Below, piece after piece: positions 18,275 to 27,138 of a DNA stretch of 64,000 bases. Source of the DNA: an uncultured Syntrophaceae bacterium (GTDB lineage: Bacteria > Desulfobacterota > Syntrophia > Syntrophales > UBA5619); NCBI GenBank assembly GCA_964637025.1, contig CAZWTL010000003.1:4056-68055 (forward strand), written 5' to 3'. Position 1 is the first letter of the stretch. Every line of letters starts with the position of its first letter. The position numbers and the translations under genes were made by a program. The notes beneath the pieces are model-generated. The model saw only the letters and a list, made by a program, of their open reading frames with translations, made no database searches and was not told where the DNA came from.

Positions 18275-19096
18275 ATGAGTGTAAAGGCGTTTGACGGCGT
18301 TTTTGAAATGCCGGTTCAGGGCAGGACGATGAAGCCGCGGAAGAACGGCGTCACCATGCTGATCGACAAGGGGCTGGGGCTGACCGGAACGGAAGACCTC
18401 ATGCAGATGGCGGCCGACTACATCGATATGGTCAAGATGACCTTCGGCACCACCGCCTTCATGGACATGGGCGTGGTCGAGGAGAAAATCGAGATCCTCA
18501 AGAGCTACGATGTGTACACGATGCCGGGCGGGACCTTCATGGAGGTCTCCGTGTGGCAGAAGCGCTACCCCGAATACCTGCGGCGCTGCAAGGAGCTGGG
18601 TTTCAACGCGATCGAGATTTCCGACGGCACCATCGAGTTCGATCTGGAGACCCGCAAGGACTGCATCAAGAGGGCCGTGGACATGGACTTCCTGGTCCTG
18701 ACCGAGGTGGGCAAGAAGGACCCCAATGAAAAGGTCGCCACGGACCTGATGCACAAGGAGATCGCCTCGGACCTGGCCTGCGGCGCGACGAAGGTCATCG
18801 TGGAGGCGAGAGAGGCCGGCAAGGGCGTGGGCATCTATGACGCCTCGGGCAACGTCAAGACCGACGAGATCGACGCCATCATCGCCGGCGTCGACGATCC
18901 CACCGTCCTGGAGTGGGAGGCGCCCATCAAGAACCAGCAGCAGCATCTGATCCTCCGGTTCGGCTGCAACGTGAACCTCGGCAATGTGCCCCCTGAAGAC
19001 ATCCTGGCCCTGGAAGCCCTGCGCGACGGTCTCCGCGGCGACACCCTGAAAAAGGCCTGGGAAGCCGACAAGGCCTGGACAAGGCACAACAAGTAA
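18275..19096 (+). CDS. comA: (2R)-phospho-3-sulfolactate synthase family protein (ComA)
   Basis: ComA-like sequence throughout: RKNGVTMLIDKGLG, VKMTFGT, FNAIEISDGTIEF, VLTEVGKKD. ATG 18275 lies 7 nt after GAGGAGG; the ORF-track start at TTG 18269 is less likely. Confidence 0.85.
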   Translation: MSVKAFDGVFEMPVQGRTMKPRKNGVTMLIDKGLGLTGTEDLMQMAADYIDMVKMTFGTTAFMDMGVVEEKIEILKSYDVYTMPGGTFMEVSVWQKRYPEYLRRCKELGFNAIEISDGTIEFDLETRKDCIKRAVDMDFLVLTEVGKKDPNEKVATDLMHKEIASDLACGATKVIVEAREAGKGVGIYDASGNVKTDEIDAIIAGVDDPTVLEWEAPIKNQQQHLILRFGCNVNLGNVPPEDILALEALRDGLRGDTLKKAWEADKAWTRHNK

Positions 19097-19132
19097 ATCC
19101 GGAACACCGCGCACAGCGCGTTCACACACAAC

Positions 19133-19167
19133 AAAAAGCGGGACCGTTTTTTACGGCCCCGCTTTTT
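19133..19167. terminator. Bidirectional rho-independent terminator between convergent comA and aspC
   Basis: AAAAA, then GCGGGACCGT, loop TTTTT, ACGGCCCCGC, then TTTTT (19133-19167). The stem has one bulge on each side and is flanked by an A-run and a T-run. Confidence 0.75.
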
Positions 19168-19224
19168 GTTGTGAACGGCTTCCTTGAGACGGCAGGGCGC
19201 TCGCCTGCTCGCCTCTCGATCTCC

Positions 19225-20409
19225 CTATTTGAGCGCCGCGGCGATCCGGTCGAGACCCTTTTCGATGTTCGCCATGGAGGTGGCGTAGGACATGCGGAAA
19301 TGGTCGTCAGCACCGAAGGCGATCCCGGGCACCACGGCCACCTTCGCCTCGTTGAGCAGCATATCGGCCAAGTCGAGGGACCCTTGGATCCGTTTGCCGC
19401 TGATGGTCGTTCCGATGAACGAGGTAAAATTCGGGAAGACATAGAATGCGCCGTCCGGTTCGACGCAGGTCAGCCCCGGTATCTCGTTGATCCGCTGCAT
19501 GATGCGGCGCCTGCGCCTGTCGAATTCGGCCGCCATGGCCGCCACGACGCTCTCCGGCGTCTTCAGGGCCTCGATGGCCGCCGCCTGCGCCATGGTCGCC
19601 GGGTTCGAAGTCGAATGCGATTGCAGGTTGTCCACGGCCGCGACGATCTCCCGGTTGTCCGACGCGAGATACCCGATGCGCCACCCCGTCATTGCGTAGG
19701 TCTTGGAAACGCCGTTGACCACAATGGTCTGCGCCTTGACCTCCTTGGAGAGGGAGGCGATGGAGAGGTGTTTTTTCCCGTTGTAGAGCAATTTCCCGTA
19801 GATCTCGTCGGAAATGATCAGAAGCTTGTGTTTCAGCGCCACATCGGCCAATTTTTCGAGCGATTTCTCCGAAAGCACCGCTCCGGAAGGGTTGGAGGGC
19901 GAATTCACGACCATGGCCTTGGTCTTCCCGGTGATCTTTCTCTCCAGCCGATCGAAATCGATCTCGTACCCCTTGGATTCATCCAGTTCAACGAAAACCG
20001 GCACTCCGTCGGCGATCTTCACCTGCTCCTCGTAGGAAACCCAGTAAGGCGAGAAGATAATCACCTCGTCTCCCGGATCCAGGATCGCCATGAAAATGTT
20101 GTACAGGGTGTGCTTGGCGCCGCAGGAGACGACAATATCCGCAGGCCTGTATTCCAGCCCCTGGTCTTGCCTGAATTTTTCGGCCACCGCGGCCTTGAGT
20201 TCGGGAATGCCCGACGCCGGCGTGTATCGCGTCTTGTTGGCCCTGATGGCGTCGATCCCGGCCTCCTTGATGTTTTCCGGCGTGTTGAAGTCCGGCTCGC
20301 CCGCTCCGAAACCGACCAGGTCCACGCCGTCCTTGATCATCTGTTTGGCCTTGGAGTCTATCGCCAGGGTCAGCGACGGCGCCACTTTCTTCAGTCTGTT
20401 CGCAATCAT
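19225..20409 (-). CDS. aspC: Aspartate/aromatic aminotransferase, class I (AspC-like)
   Basis: GAGEPDFNTPENI, and the PLP-lysine motif GVSKTYAMTGWRIGYL. RBS GGAGG lies upstream on the minus strand. Confidence 0.85.
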   Translation of the reverse strand: MIANRLKKVAPSLTLAIDSKAKQMIKDGVDLVGFGAGEPDFNTPENIKEAGIDAIRANKTRYTPASGIPELKAAVAEKFRQDQGLEYRPADIVVSCGAKHTLYNIFMAILDPGDEVIIFSPYWVSYEEQVKIADGVPVFVELDESKGYEIDFDRLERKITGKTKAMVVNSPSNPSGAVLSEKSLEKLADVALKHKLLIISDEIYGKLLYNGKKHLSIASLSKEVKAQTIVVNGVSKTYAMTGWRIGYLASDNREIVAAVDNLQSHSTSNPATMAQAAAIEALKTPESVVAAMAAEFDRRRRRIMQRINEIPGLTCVEPDGAFYVFPNFTSFIGTTISGKRIQGSLDLADMLLNEAKVAVVPGIAFGADDHFRMSYATSMANIEKGLDRIAAALK

Positions 20410-20500
20410 TTCTAAACCTCCGGTATGGATCTATTCCGTTTTCCGTTCCCCCTGCGGCAGCCGCCGGCCGGGCACGCGCCCGGATACGTGGCCGGTTCTT

Positions 20501-21226
20501 TCAGAGCAGGATCTTGCTCAGGAAGTCCTTGGCCCTATCCGTTTTCGGCGCCGAGAAGAAAGACTTGTCCGTTCCCCGCTCGATGATCTGTCCCCCGTCC
20601 ATGAAGATGATCTCGTCGGCGACCTCGCGGGCGAAACCCATCTCATGGGTGACCACGGCCATGGTCATTCCCGACTTGGCCAGGTCGATCATGACATCGA
20701 GCACCTCCTTGATCATCTCCGGATCGAGCGCCGACGTCGGTTCGTCGAAGAGCATGATCTCGGGCTCCATCGCCAGCGCCCGCGCGATGGCCACGCGCTG
20801 CTGCTGTCCGCCGGAAAGGTTGCCCGGGTATTTCTGCGCCTGTTCCGGGATCCCGACGCGCTCAAGCAACTGGATCGCCTTCTCCTCGGCCTGTTTCTTG
20901 GGGATCTTCTTGACCTTGATCGGCGCGATCGTGATGTTGTCGATGACCTTCAAATGGGGATAAAGCTCGAACCGCTGAAAAACCATCCCCATCTTCTGCC
21001 GCAGTTGGATCAGATCAACCTTGGGATCCTTCAGGGAGACGCCGTCGACAATGATGTCCCCTTCCTGAAAGGGTTCGAGGCCGTTGAGGCTCTTGAGCAG
21101 GGTGCTCTTCCCGGAGCCGGAGGGACCGCAGATGACCACCACCTGGCCCCGATGGATCTCCTCATTGATGTTGCTCAGAACCTTGTGGGTCCCGAACCAT
21201 TTGCTGACATTGACGATCTTGATCAT
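20501..21226 (-). CDS. Polar amino-acid ABC transporter ATP-binding protein (GlnQ-like)
   Basis: Walker [39 protein letters not shown] at 21226 (MIKIVNV...). The longer ORF-track frame to 21871 is an artefactual extension running into the permease gene. Confidence 0.9.
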   Translation of the reverse strand: MIKIVNVSKWFGTHKVLSNINEEIHRGQVVVICGPSGSGKSTLLKSLNGLEPFQEGDIIVDGVSLKDPKVDLIQLRQKMGMVFQRFELYPHLKVIDNITIAPIKVKKIPKKQAEEKAIQLLERVGIPEQAQKYPGNLSGGQQQRVAIARALAMEPEIMLFDEPTSALDPEMIKEVLDVMIDLAKSGMTMAVVTHEMGFAREVADEIIFMDGGQIIERGTDKSFFSAPKTDRAKDFLSKILL

Positions 21227-21885
21227 TTGGCGGCACCTCGCTTGGCTTCCAGTTTCTTGCTGTACCGGCTCATCAGGAAGCAGAAAATAAAGTAAATCAG
21301 CCCGACGAAAGCGTAGATCTCCACGCTTTTCATCTCGCGGGCGTCGACGATGCTGGCGGACCGCAGGAATTCCTTGAGGCCGATGACGTAGGCCAGGGAG
21401 GTATCCTGAAACACAACGACCGTCTGCGTGATCAGAGAGGGGACCATGTTGCGCAGCGCCTGGGGAAGGATCACGAAACGCATGGTCTGGGCGTAGTTGA
21501 ATCCCGTCGAATAGGCGGCTTGGACCTGCCCCTTGGAGATGGACTGGATTCCGGCGCGTACGATCTCGGCGAAATAGGCGGCCTCGAAGACCACGAAGGC
21601 CACTGCAGCGGAGATGAAATCGCCCAAAGGCCTGCCGGCGATGATGGGCACGAGAAAATAGAACCAGAAAATGACCAGCAGAAGGGGCAGGCTTCGGAAG
21701 AAATTGACGAAGATCGTTGCCGGGTAGTAAATGAGTTTGATGTTGCTCAGTCGGGCCAAGCCGACCAGAATGCCGCACAGCAGCCCCCCGCTGATGGCGA
21801 CCACGGCAAGTTCGAATGTCGTGAGCAAACCCTTCACGAAAAAGGGCATATTGTTGACGATCACGGTCCAATCCAGGGCGCTCAT
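21223..21885 (-). CDS. Amino-acid ABC transporter permease (His/Glu/Gln/Arg/opine family)
   Basis: 220-aa polytopic protein with the segment [30 protein letters not shown]. It overlaps the ATPase start by 4 nt. Confidence 0.85.
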   Translation of the reverse strand: MSALDWTVIVNNMPFFVKGLLTTFELAVVAISGGLLCGILVGLARLSNIKLIYYPATIFVNFFRSLPLLLVIFWFYFLVPIIAGRPLGDFISAAVAFVVFEAAYFAEIVRAGIQSISKGQVQAAYSTGFNYAQTMRFVILPQALRNMVPSLITQTVVVFQDTSLAYVIGLKEFLRSASIVDAREMKSVEIYAFVGLIYFIFCFLMSRYSKKLEAKRGAAK

Positions 21886-21892
21886 GGGTATT

Positions 21893-22615
21893 CTATCTCC
21901 TCCTCGTGATCAGACCCGGCACGGCCAGCCGTTTTTCAACCATGCCCATGATCAGGACAACCATGAGGGTGATGACCATGTAGGCGAGGGATGCCGCCGT
22001 GGTCGCTTCGATGCCGCGAAAGGTATAGGCCTCGATCTGCTGGCTCATGAATGTCGTTTCCAGCACGCCGACCGTCATCGCCAGGGACGTGTTTTTGAAA
22101 ATGGTCAGGCATTCCGTGGTCAGAGGGGGAATCATGATCCGGACCGCAAGCGGAATGATGATGTACCGATACGTCTGAAGGTGCGTAAATCCCGTGCTGA
22201 GAGCCGCATAGTACTGATCGGTGGGGATCGATTGCATGCCGGAGCGCACCTGCTCGGCCACGCGGGATGCGGTGTATAGGGAAAGTCCGATAACGACGAC
22301 CCAAAATTCGAAATTCGGAAGCTCGCGGTAGAGGAATTTTTCGATGAAGTCGGGCAGAATGCTCGGAGCGGCAAAATACCAGAAAAAAAGCTGTACCAGC
22401 AAGGGGATGTCGCGAAAAAGTTCCGTATAGGCGGTTGCAAAAATACGGACGGGCTTCCAGGGGGTGATGCGCATCGTGCCGATGATGATTCCCAGGGTCA
22501 GCGCAATGCACCAGCTGATGAAGCCGAGACGGATCGTGGTCCAGATCCCCTGGAGCATCCAAGTCCCATAAGGCTCCGTCCAGATCACGGCCCAGTTGAA
22601 ATCATAAGAAAGCAT
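21893..22615 (-). CDS. Amino-acid ABC transporter permease (second subunit)
   Basis: 240-aa polytopic protein with the segment IPTDQYYAALSTGFTHLQTYRYIIIPLAVR, paralogous to the adjacent permease. Confidence 0.85.
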   Translation of the reverse strand: MLSYDFNWAVIWTEPYGTWMLQGIWTTIRLGFISWCIALTLGIIIGTMRITPWKPVRIFATAYTELFRDIPLLVQLFFWYFAAPSILPDFIEKFLYRELPNFEFWVVVIGLSLYTASRVAEQVRSGMQSIPTDQYYAALSTGFTHLQTYRYIIIPLAVRIMIPPLTTECLTIFKNTSLAMTVGVLETTFMSQQIEAYTFRGIEATTAASLAYMVITLMVVLIMGMVEKRLAVPGLITRRR

Positions 22616-22709
22616 AGATGAACCGCTCCTTGTCGCAGATGAACGGGCAAGCCCGGAGGGATCCAGCGGGATGGCCCTCCGGGCGCCCCTTCGTCAGGGG
22701 AAAACGTTT

Positions 22710-23585
22710 CTACGACGGCCAGGCCTGAAGTTTCAGCAGGGTTTTGAACTCTTCCGTCATGGGGATCGGGAGGACGCCCTTGGGGCCGAACCATTTGTCA
22801 TACATGGTCATATAGCGTCCGTCCTTGATCATCTCGATGATCTGGGCGTTCACGAAATCCAGGAACGCCGAATCGTTCTGGCGCACGATGAAGGCATAGG
22901 GGTCATAGGTGATCATTTCGCCGACGATTCTGTAATCATCGGGCTTGGGGGCTTTGGCCTTCAGGCCCCCCAGGTGGGTGCCGTCGCCGCAGTAGGCGTC
23001 GATGATCCCCTTCTCCAGGGCCAGCATGCCCTGAGGATGCTCCTGGTAAACGACGATCGTGGCGGGTGGTTTGATGGCCCCCTTCTCGTTCAAATTCCGG
23101 ATCGCAGCCTCGTTGGTCGATCCCTGGGCCGCGCCGACTTTCTTGCCGGCAAGATCCTTGGCGCTCTTGATCTTGCTGTTCTTCTTGACCAGCAACTGGG
23201 AACCGGTCAGGAAAACGGTGATGGTGAAATCGACGGTCTCCTCACGCCCGATGGTGTGCGTGGTGGATCCGCACTCCATGTCGATCGTGCCGTTGGCCAC
23301 GAGAGGTATTCGGGTCTTGGGATTCACGGTCTTCAGTTCGATGTTCAGCGGTTTCCCCAGTTTCTTTTCCAGGGCCGCCTTGAGCTCGTAGGCCATGTCG
23401 ATGCTGAACCCGACCTGCTCGTTCTTTTCGTTGAAGAAGCCGAAGGGAATGGCCCCGTCCCGGACCCCCACGATGAACGTACCCCTCTTGGCGATCGTAT
23501 CCAGGGTGCCTTCCGCAAAGGCGGAAGCGGTAAGACAGAAAACAACTGCCAAAATGATTCCTACCGTGCATAAAGCCTTTTTCAT
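22710..23585 (-). CDS. Amino-acid ABC transporter periplasmic substrate-binding protein (family 3)
   Basis: ATG 23585 opens the signal peptide MKKALCTVGIILAVVFCLTASAFA. The body matches polar amino-acid binding proteins. RBS GGAAAGGAG. Confidence 0.85.
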   Translation of the reverse strand: MKKALCTVGIILAVVFCLTASAFAEGTLDTIAKRGTFIVGVRDGAIPFGFFNEKNEQVGFSIDMAYELKAALEKKLGKPLNIELKTVNPKTRIPLVANGTIDMECGSTTHTIGREETVDFTITVFLTGSQLLVKKNSKIKSAKDLAGKKVGAAQGSTNEAAIRNLNEKGAIKPPATIVVYQEHPQGMLALEKGIIDAYCGDGTHLGGLKAKAPKPDDYRIVGEMITYDPYAFIVRQNDSAFLDFVNAQIIEMIKDGRYMTMYDKWFGPKGVLPIPMTEEFKTLLKLQAWPS

Positions 23586-23641
23586 GTTCCGTCTCCTTTC
23601 CGATAATCCGACAATAAATGATGGATGGTCTGCCCGCACTC

Positions 23642-24658
23642 TCATAAAACCCTCGTCGAACCGTCGAGAATCTCGGACCTGTGGGCATAGATCGCTGGAA
23701 TGCCGCCTGTATGCACAAACAGGATCCGTTCTCCCCTTTTGAAATATCCCTTCCGGATCAGATCGATCAGGCCCGCCATGGCTTTTCCCGTATAGCAGGG
23801 ATCCAGAAGGATCCCCTCCGTTCTGGCCGTCAGCCGGACCGCTTCCGCCATTTCAGGCGTGGGCAGGGAGTATCCGGGACCGAGGTAGGCGTCGCAACAC
23901 TTCACGGCATCCCTGGGAATATCAGCGGGAATGCCCACATAAGCGGCAGCACTCCCGGCCAGTCGGTACACGAGCTCTTCCTGTGCCTTCCTGCCCCGGA
24001 CCACATTGATGCCGGTGACCGGCACCGCTGCGCGGTTCCCGTAGAAACCCGTCACGAGCCCCGACTGCGTTCCGCCGCTGCCGCTGGCGCAGACGACATG
24101 GTCCACCGCAAGGCCCGATTCAAAACACTGGCCCAATATTTCCTCGGCGCAGGCCACGTATCCCAAATCGCCCAGCGCATTGGAACCACCCACCGGAATG
24201 ACATACGGTTTTCCACCCTCCCGGCGTGTCTCTTCGGCCAGTTGCTCCATGGCCTGCATCATGTCCACCCCGCCCGGAACGATGCGTATCCCGTCGACGC
24301 CCAGCAGCCTGAAGAGGAAGTTGTTGCCGCTGGCATCCGGCTGGTAGCTGCCGGGGACCCGTTCCTCCAGGACGAGTCTGCATTTCATCCCTTCCCGGAC
24401 CGCCGCCGCCAGCGTCAGGCGGCAGTGGTTGGACTGCACGGCCCCTCCCGTGATGAGCGTGTCCGCGCCTTGAGCCAGCGCGTCGGCCACGAGAAATTCG
24501 AGCTTCCGCGTCTTGTTGCCCCCGGCGGTCAGACCGAGAAGATCGTCTCTTTTGATATAAAGGGTGGGGCCACCCAACACATCGGATAGCCTGGAGAGTT
24601 TTTCGATAGGGGTTTGACCCTGGGTGTAGCGCCTGCGTGGAAATCTCGCCAGATTCAT
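23642..24658 (-). CDS. PLP-dependent lyase of the ACC deaminase / D-cysteine desulfhydrase family (the family that also contains L-cysteate sulfo-lyase CuyA)
   Basis: YIKRDDL...GGNKTRKLEF (PLP-lysine motif), GGSNALG, HTGG. ATG 24658 (MNLARF...). Confidence 0.8.
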   Translation of the reverse strand: MNLARFPRRRYTQGQTPIEKLSRLSDVLGGPTLYIKRDDLLGLTAGGNKTRKLEFLVADALAQGADTLITGGAVQSNHCRLTLAAAVREGMKCRLVLEERVPGSYQPDASGNNFLFRLLGVDGIRIVPGGVDMMQAMEQLAEETRREGGKPYVIPVGGSNALGDLGYVACAEEILGQCFESGLAVDHVVCASGSGGTQSGLVTGFYGNRAAVPVTGINVVRGRKAQEELVYRLAGSAAAYVGIPADIPRDAVKCCDAYLGPGYSLPTPEMAEAVRLTARTEGILLDPCYTGKAMAGLIDLIRKGYFKRGERILFVHTGGIPAIYAHRSEILDGSTRVL

Positions 24659-24805
24659 AACATATGATCCCTCAGGTGCGACACCTCTAACAGACTTTTG
24701 GGACCCTGTCAACATCTTTCGGCCTATTCAGCAGCCGCGCATCCCTTCTCCGGAAGAGAAGACTCCCGCCAGGCTTCCGGCCTTTGAACGCCGGAGACGA
24801 AGCAC

Positions 24806-25726
24806 TCACTGGAGTCCCCACAACCAGAAGGAAAGGGTGGCCATGGAGAGCAGCGTGGAGACCATGATGTCCGACGACATCAGGCTCTTGTCGGCCCCGA
24901 GTTTGCTGGAGAGGAGGTAAGAGGAGAAGGCCGTCGGACAGGCCAGGATGATGATACCCACCTTGAAATCGAGTCCCTTGACGCCGGCCTCGGTCAGCAG
25001 AAACCAGCCCAGCAGGACGATCAGCAACAGCTTGATCAGGCACGCCCCGGCGGTTGCCTTGTAGTCCTTCTTGACCTTTTCGAACGAAAGACTTCCCCCC
25101 ATCGAGATCAGGGCCAGGGGCAGAGCCAGATCGGAAAGAAAATGGAGAACATTCACGACGAAAGTCGGGAACGGGATCTGGAAATAGGAGAGGAGCAGGC
25201 CGGCCATGCAGGAGAGGATCACCGGATTCGTCACCAGGGCGTTCTTCAGATCGACGATCGATTTCCAGTCCATGGCCCCTTTGAGAGGCCAGGTCAGGGC
25301 CAGCACGGCCAGGATGTTGATCAACGGGCTCATGAAACCGATCAGCACGCTTCCCCGCTGCAGCCCCTCCTCGCCATAGGCCGCCAGCAGGATCGGCAGG
25401 CCGATATAGGTCATGTTGCCCCAAAAAGAACCCTGTGTGAAGGACCCCACCTCTCTGGGCGGCAGGCGCAGAAGACGGGCGACGCCATAGGCGACCACCA
25501 TGCAGACGACCACTGTCAGATAGCAGACCAGGATCAACCGGGGGTTGAAATTCATGTCAAATGAAGAGGTGCCGATCTTCCAGACGAGCAGCGACGGAAC
25601 CGCCACGAAATAGGCCAATTGGCTGATCTTCTCTAAGAAAACCTTGTCGACGAAATCGGATCGCCGTATGGCGTACCCCAGTGCAATGATGAGAAAGACG
25701 GGCAGAACGACGTTTAAAAATACCAT
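24806..25726 (-). CDS. AEC (auxin efflux carrier) family membrane transporter
   Basis: About 306-aa protein with roughly 10 TM segments; the N-terminus MVFLNVVLPVFLIIALGY is typical of the AEC family. ATG 25726. Confidence 0.75.
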   Translation of the reverse strand: MVFLNVVLPVFLIIALGYAIRRSDFVDKVFLEKISQLAYFVAVPSLLVWKIGTSSFDMNFNPRLILVCYLTVVVCMVVAYGVARLLRLPPREVGSFTQGSFWGNMTYIGLPILLAAYGEEGLQRGSVLIGFMSPLINILAVLALTWPLKGAMDWKSIVDLKNALVTNPVILSCMAGLLLSYFQIPFPTFVVNVLHFLSDLALPLALISMGGSLSFEKVKKDYKATAGACLIKLLLIVLLGWFLLTEAGVKGLDFKVGIIILACPTAFSSYLLSSKLGADKSLMSSDIMVSTLLSMATLSFWLWGLQ

Positions 25727-26453
25727 CACAGCCCCGCCCCCCTGCTGCGGGTCCAATCGGATTTCTCACTTTGGCCTTCGACATCGTTTCTCATTTGAAC
25801 CTCCTTGCCTTCGATCGGTTACCCCGCGTCGGGAAACCACCTTTCCTCTATACCACGTTTTGCGCATTGGCGACACCCCGTCCTCACAAGGCTTACTCCG
25901 CTTCTCCTGAGCATGCCGACTGAAAAAAATCTTGACAACGGTTCCCCATATGTATATTACTCAACAAAGCAAAACATGCTGCATTTTCAAAACGCCCGTC
26001 CCCCCGGATGAACGGAAGGAGGGGGTTTTTTCTATCACCCAGGGGCCCTGAAAATGCGTATGCTATCGAAACGGCATGGATCTTTTTAATTCAGGGTACA
26101 ATCCCGATGCTGGACACAAGATGGCTTCGCCAGCATCATGACCCGGGAGGATATGACGTCTGACGCCCCTTTCCGATGAAGCCGTTTGGGCCTTCACCTG
26201 CCATCGGCGTCCTGAACGGTATTGTTGCGGACATTTTCCTCTCCACAGCCGTCTGTATGGATTACCGGATACATGATTGAGGGATGACTTGCACCCGTAA
26301 CCGCTGGGGTTGCGGAAGCGCTTCCCGGCCAAAGCCGTCGCCTGCGGAAACCAGGAGCAATCCGCAATCCCGCCGGCTTCTTTTGAACCGCTGCTGTTGA
26401 CGTCAGACCATCCCCTTCGCGGGGTTAAAATTGATAGACAGGAGGTTAAGTGT

Positions 26454-26777
26454 ATGGCAGATTTTTATATCAATCTCTTCCTCGATGCCGAGAAGGCCAA
26501 AAAAATCGAGGACGCCGGGCTGGCCGGAGAGATCAAGGAGATCAACGGCAAAAAAGCGATTCAGGTCGGTGTGACGGCGAAGGAGCAGAAGAAGCTTGCC
26601 AAGAGTTTCCCGGATCTGTCCTTCGACGCGTCCAATGCCTGCGTGCTTCCGGAACAGGCTGAGAATACCCTGTTCAACATCATCGTATCCATGAAAACGC
26701 TGGACGTGATGAAGGGCGCCATCATGAAACTGTACAATCCCCTCTCAGGCAAGGAGCTTCGTTCCAAGACTTTTTAA
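26454..26777 (+). CDS. Hypothetical protein (107 aa), first gene of a trio directly upstream of dsrA
   Basis: ATG 26454 follows AGGAGG (26439-26445). Lys/Glu-rich, with no motif I recognise. Confidence 0.55.
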   Translation: MADFYINLFLDAEKAKKIEDAGLAGEIKEINGKKAIQVGVTAKEQKKLAKSFPDLSFDASNACVLPEQAENTLFNIIVSMKTLDVMKGAIMKLYNPLSGKELRSKTF

Positions 26778-26796
26778 TGCTGGAGGGAAGGATCCC

Positions 26797-27138
26797 GTGG
26801 CCGGGCTGACCCGCGAGGAGGAAAATCAGAAGAAGGCCGTTTTCGACGCCATGTCGGCCAGGAGCCGCAGGAGGATCCTCGACAAGGGGTACGAGAACTG
26901 GGATCCTTTTTTGAAACCGAAGGATCCCATCGACATCCGGATGGCCCAGCACCGCGAATCCGCCTTGTCCCTGATGAGGAGATTCCTGCATGAGTGTCCC
27001 GCCGAAGGCGACAGCAACGCCTATGGCCAGGGGGCATGGGAGATTTGCATGGGGATCACCGTCGGCGATGACCGATGGAAAGGGGCATACGATTTTTCGT
27101 GCTGGCACCGCGATCTCGTCAAAAAGGGTGAACTATGA
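26797..27138 (+). CDS. Hypothetical protein (113 aa)
   Basis: GTG 26797 follows GGAGGG (26783-26788). The stop overlaps the next start (ATGA at 27135-27138). No motif I recognise. Confidence 0.55.
   Translation: MAGLTREEENQKKAVFDAMSARSRRRILDKGYENWDPFLKPKDPIDIRMAQHRESALSLMRRFLHECPAEGDSNAYGQGAWEICMGITVGDDRWKGAYDFSCWHRDLVKKGEL

Noticed and set aside
18275-19096. Reading the ComA homologue as evidence for coenzyme M biosynthesis
   Set aside because: No comB, comDE, or methyl-CoM / alkene-epoxide metabolism genes are visible, and the host is a Dsr-type sulfite reducer. The neighbours are transporters, a racemase-type enzyme and catabolic redox enzymes. A biosynthetic role cannot be excluded without the whole genome, so this interpretation is kept as the null hypothesis of the main finding.
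20501-21871. N-terminal extensions offered by the ORF track. Affected frames: 20501-21871, 49923-51200, 51584-52930, 22710-23645, 23642-24715, 24806-25756, 2795-4678, 1372-2841, 10038-11096, 43371-44273, 45645-46106, 48050-48907, 26310-26777 and 33391-34170.
   Set aside because: In each case the family-typical N-terminus, signal peptide or RBS begins at an internal ATG. The extension overlaps the neighbouring gene or is low-complexity. I trimmed the starts accordingly.
26063-26332. 89-aa minus-strand ORF in the spacer upstream of the dsr-associated genes
   Set aside because: It has no RBS and a basic, low-complexity translation. It lies in a probable leader or regulatory region, and I found nothing to support coding.
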